24,000 nt of DNA, from assembly GCA_049852185.1 (NCBI GenBank), contig CP187540.1. The stretch is one strand, 5' to 3'. The DNA is from Methanocaldococcus sp. 28A (GTDB lineage: Archaea > AGJL01 > Methanococci > Methanococcales > Methanocaldococcaceae). The position numbers and the translations under genes were made by a program. Of the stretch, positions 20,893-24,000 are shown one piece after another. The first letter of the stretch is position 1; every line of letters starts with the position of its first letter. The notes under the pieces were generated by a model. The model saw nothing but the letters and a program-made list of their open reading frames with translations. It was not told the origin of the DNA and ran no database searches.

Positions 20893-21333
20893 TTATCCCT
20901 CCAACAATTTCTTCAAATAATCCAAATACTCATCCTTACTGAGATTTGGGAATGAATAGAGAGTATTTGGTTGATAATACTTGTCTATAGAAACGGTAGT
21001 TACATTTGAGAACTGTTTTAGATGTGTTGCTGCCTGAGCTAAGTAATAATAAGTTATTCCAGTGAATAGAGTTAAATCATAATCACTGTTTGATAAATAT
21101 TTCATTATTGCCATTAGATTCATGTCTTCTGGTGTTTTTATTACTTTTAAATTGTATTTTTCAATTAATTTGTTGATTAACTCTTTTTCCTCATCTTCCA
21201 AGTTCTCTCCTAATATTAAAATAGGTTTTTTAGCTCTTCTAATCATCATTTTAACCAATGTTGGATTTGTTATTTCAGCATGAGCCACATTACTTCCAGC
21301 AGTTGGAATATAGGCAGTAAATCTCTCATCCAT
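20893..21333 (-). CDS. cdhB: Acetyl-CoA decarbonylase/synthase complex epsilon subunit
   Basis: The protein is about 146 aa and lies immediately downstream of cdhA. Size and position fit CdhB. ATG at 21333 follows GGTGA (21339-21343 on the minus strand). The track's 21351 start is TTG. The stop abuts the ferredoxin ATG. Confidence 0.75.
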   Translation of the reverse strand: MDERFTAYIPTAGSNVAHAEITNPTLVKMMIRRAKKPILILGENLEDEEKELINKLIEKYNLKVIKTPEDMNLMAIMKYLSNSDYDLTLFTGITYYYLAQAATHLKQFSNVTTVSIDKYYQPNTLYSFPNLSKDEYLDYLKKLLEG

Positions 21334-21379
21334 AAGTATCACCAAATTCAAAAAATTTGAATGAAATTAATAATGAAAT

Positions 21380-23707
21380 TTAATAAAGAATTGTTGGGTC
21401 TTGTGGATATTTCTCCAAAGGTTTCCAACCTTTTTCTTTTAGATAATTCATTATCTTATCTTTCATCATAAATGGAATGTCTTTTTCAGTTCTAACGAAT
21501 TTTTCTAAGTCAGGTGGCATTTTTCCAAAGTATTTTTCGTATAAATCAACATAGTGATAGATTTTGTTAGCTCTACCCTTTGGATTATCATTTGGTCTCA
21601 TACATAGCTTTGGAATCATACAGATACATTCTTTAACATTTTCGGCAGTTACAATTAAATGTTCAGGGACAGGGTCTATCTCCATAATTTCTCCTGTTTT
21701 TTTATCTTTAACTTTGAATTTCTCTCCATTGCTTAAATACAACCTTCTATACTTAGCTCCATGTGGTCCAACAATAACCGGGATTCCCCATCTATTGACT
21801 CCAGTAGCAATTGCAGCAGCTTTTTGGCTCATAGCACCCCATGCAACTCCAACAGCTCCAACTTTGTTTAATATATAGTCAGCTACTTCAGCATAATTGC
21901 CTCTTAATGGAACCTTAGCAAAGATGTTGGCTATTTTTATAGCAGCCCCAGTAATGTGGCAATTTGATAAACATGAACCGCAATTTACTAGCCCTCCAGC
22001 CCTAAATTCTCCAGGATATTTTTCATATAGTGTTTTACCATCTTTATCCTTCCACATTCCAATTGCCATTGCCGCACATCCAGTGGCTACAACTATATAC
22101 TTCCTCTCTAAGAATTCCTTAGCCATTAAAGCTACTTCCTCCTCTCCATTTGGATGGTTTGAACATCCAACGAATGCAACAACTCCTGGAATATCTCCAA
22201 ACACAATTGGAGCTCCAACACTTCTAATCTCAACATCTTTAATAGGTCCTCTACCAGCTCTCATCTTGAATTTTAAATCTTTGAAATAAGCTTCTCCAAC
22301 TTTTGTAGTCATGCTAACTATTGGCAAGTTTCTTGGGCAGATTGTTTCACATCTTCCACAGCCATAACATTTTTTGTATAAATCAACAAATCCATCAAAA
22401 TTACCTTGTTTTGCTAAAATCATAGCTTCTTTAACCTTAAATGCATTAGGACAATTTCTATTACACCATCCACACTCGGTACATTGCTTTGCCAATTCCA
22501 CAACTTTATTTAAATCTGGTAAAGCTTTTCTATCATTTCTTTCTTTAGCAACTATCTTAGCTACTTCAACAGCGACTTTTCCAACCTTTTCCTCATCTAA
22601 AATTAAAGCAGCTCTGTTTCTTAATAAGTAGCCAATAATTTCATCTTCACTTAAATGAGATACATCTTCTAAACCTAAGCACATCTTTTCATTTGTAGCT
22701 ATAAGAACAGCCCCTGTTTTTAAAACCTCCTCTAATATATCAGTTCTAATACACTGTTCATCTACTATAACAACATCTGCTACTCCACTTCTAATGAACA
22801 TCAACTGTCTTGATAAAGGACCAACAATTTTTGCCTTATCAGAAACTCTTGTTATATCTATTGCCGTACAGCAGATACCACAAACCTCTACTTCATCTTC
22901 CATGTTATTCTTTTCCAAATATTCTAATATATAACTACCTGGAACTACGTTATGACCTATACACAAAATAATTGGCTTATTCTTATCTATACAACCAAAT
23001 CCTAACTCTATTAATGGAGCGTCATCATCTCCTTTAGGCATATTATATGCTACTATTTGAGCTATATCTCCCACTTCCCTTGCTAAATCATCAATCATTC
23101 CAGCATGCAGTGCTTTACTTTCAAAGTCTAAGTAATCTCCCTCCTGCCCAGTATGTGCCGCTGATAAGAGATGAGTTATTTGCTCTTCACAATAATCTAA
23201 AATTTTCTCTAAATCTCCTAATGTCTTTGGTTTAATTCCAGTAACTGTTCTTGTTATTGGAGCTTCAACTTCTATCTCATTACCTAAGTTAATTGGATAA
23301 TCTTTTCCTAACTTTTCAATTAGATGATGAACTAAGTGCCTACTATGTCCTGTATGACATGCTGCTCCAATACAGCAGGCTATTAAAACAATCCTTCCTT
23401 GTTGTGCTTTAATATTTAAACCACATGCTCCTTTCTTCCCTCTGCTTAAATCACACTTTCCAAAGGTACAGAGACAACACAAATCACAGATTGGCATGTA
23501 AAATGGGGGATACCTCTTTAATAGCTTAAAATCCCAATGTCTCAATGTAGGAACCTTTGGCATTGGTGTAGGACCCATTGGTTCCCAATCTTCAGCCTCT
23601 TTCTCTTCACCAAACTTTATATTCATTGATATGTGAGCATTTTTCATCTTAACTAAAGGTGTGAGAAGTCTTTTAATATCTATTTCTATGTTATCTCCCA
23701 TAACCAT
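21380..23707 (-). CDS. cdhA: Acetyl-CoA decarbonylase/synthase complex alpha subunit (Ni-Fe-S CO dehydrogenase)
   Basis: The protein is about 775 aa. The N-terminal Cys cluster is [14 protein letters not shown]...GACGL, followed by [16 protein letters not shown]. An inserted 2x[4Fe-4S] ferredoxin module is present ([24 protein letters not shown]), as is the C-cluster region GCAAMA...CGSCLSNCH. Candidate starts are GTG 23710, ATG 23707 and ATG 23701. Confidence 0.92.
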   Translation of the reverse strand: MVMGDNIEIDIKRLLTPLVKMKNAHISMNIKFGEEKEAEDWEPMGPTPMPKVPTLRHWDFKLLKRYPPFYMPICDLCCLCTFGKCDLSRGKKGACGLNIKAQQGRIVLIACCIGAACHTGHSRHLVHHLIEKLGKDYPINLGNEIEVEAPITRTVTGIKPKTLGDLEKILDYCEEQITHLLSAAHTGQEGDYLDFESKALHAGMIDDLAREVGDIAQIVAYNMPKGDDDAPLIELGFGCIDKNKPIILCIGHNVVPGSYILEYLEKNNMEDEVEVCGICCTAIDITRVSDKAKIVGPLSRQLMFIRSGVADVVIVDEQCIRTDILEEVLKTGAVLIATNEKMCLGLEDVSHLSEDEIIGYLLRNRAALILDEEKVGKVAVEVAKIVAKERNDRKALPDLNKVVELAKQCTECGWCNRNCPNAFKVKEAMILAKQGNFDGFVDLYKKCYGCGRCETICPRNLPIVSMTTKVGEAYFKDLKFKMRAGRGPIKDVEIRSVGAPIVFGDIPGVVAFVGCSNHPNGEEEVALMAKEFLERKYIVVATGCAAMAIGMWKDKDGKTLYEKYPGEFRAGGLVNCGSCLSNCHITGAAIKIANIFAKVPLRGNYAEVADYILNKVGAVGVAWGAMSQKAAAIATGVNRWGIPVIVGPHGAKYRRLYLSNGEKFKVKDKKTGEIMEIDPVPEHLIVTAENVKECICMIPKLCMRPNDNPKGRANKIYHYVDLYEKYFGKMPPDLEKFVRTEKDIPFMMKDKIMNYLKEKGWKPLEKYPQDPTILY

Positions 23708-23722
23708 CACTTTTTAATTGTC

Positions 23723-23734
23723 ATGATTAATCAT
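23723..23734. promoter_or_regulatory. Perfect 12-bp palindrome ATGATTAATCAT in the predicted cdh leader (candidate operator)
   Basis: The sequence is exactly self-complementary. It lies between the TTTATATA box and the cdhA start codon. Confidence 0.35.
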
Positions 23735-23766
23735 TATAATTCCAAGGTTAGTTTTTAAAACTTTAA

Positions 23767-23774
23767 TATATAAA
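23767..23774 (-). promoter_or_regulatory. cdh operon promoter TATA box (perfect TTTATATA on minus strand)
   Basis: Plus-strand TATATAAA at 23767-23774 is TTTATATA on the minus strand. The predicted start near 23745 gives an approximately 38-nt leader before the cdhA start codon. Confidence 0.5.
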
Positions 23775-24000
23775 GTTTGTTATGACTAAAGCTAAATTTG
23801 GTATGAATATGAGGAGAAAATATTTTCATTTAATAAAAAATTATGCATTTCGTAAGTTATTTTTAGAAATATTATAAAAATATATATTGATTAATTTAAA
23901 AAAATAAATATAAAATGAAAAATAAAAATTAAAGCAAAATCAAGTCCTTCTTTTTCTTCTTTTTTATCAATTACAGTTTCATGTTCTTTTTTTCTTCAAC

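Noticed and set aside
23711-24000. Long AT-rich tail of the window as a replication origin, and a possible minus-strand gene end near 23973
   Set aside because: I could find no repeated ORB-like elements or larger inverted repeats. The only in-frame stretch at the window edge is about 9 codons, too little to call. Part of the region is explained as the cdh promoter.

Overview
This is an AT-rich archaeal chromosome segment with a very GC-rich rRNA operon embedded in it. That composition contrast, the 16S sequence and the gene content point to a hyperthermophilic Methanococcales genome of the Methanocaldococcus type. From memory, and unverified, the gene order resembles the M. jannaschii MJ0153-MJ0169 neighbourhood.

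Contents, left to right:
- A 5'-truncated FrhB-family gene.
- minD on the minus strand.
- An archaeal histone gene.
- moaB and dtdA, which appear translationally coupled.
- larB.
- Two uncharacterised genes: a 396-aa protein with an internal domain duplication, and a 188-aa single-pass membrane protein with a Roadblock/LC7-like region.
- A beta-CASP/MBL RNase of the aCPSF2 type, on the minus strand.
- ilvN, gatB and nrpR.
- A minus-strand trio: a bPH_2 membrane protein, a SelA-like PLP enzyme of unknown function, and a 93-aa protein.
- A 16S-tRNA-Ala(UGC)-23S operon with no 5S gene and with nested bulge-helix-bulge processing stems.
- A convergent CODH/ACS operon, cdhA-cdhB-polyferredoxin-cdhC.

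I found no CRISPR array, IS element, integrase, prophage or recognisable defence system.

The least explained signals are:
1. A short intergenic repeat family with core ATAGGAYTTTCRCAG. It occurs once as a 15-nt inverted-repeat pair bracketing 61 nt, and twice as solo copies. All copies sit just beyond stop codons.
2. The duplicated-domain protein plus membrane-anchored Roadblock-like gene pair.
3. The orphan SelA-like, bPH and 93-aa cluster.
4. A perfect 12-bp palindrome in the cdh leader.

All ORFs the track calls inside the rRNA block, and the antisense shadow ORFs, are rejected as artefacts.
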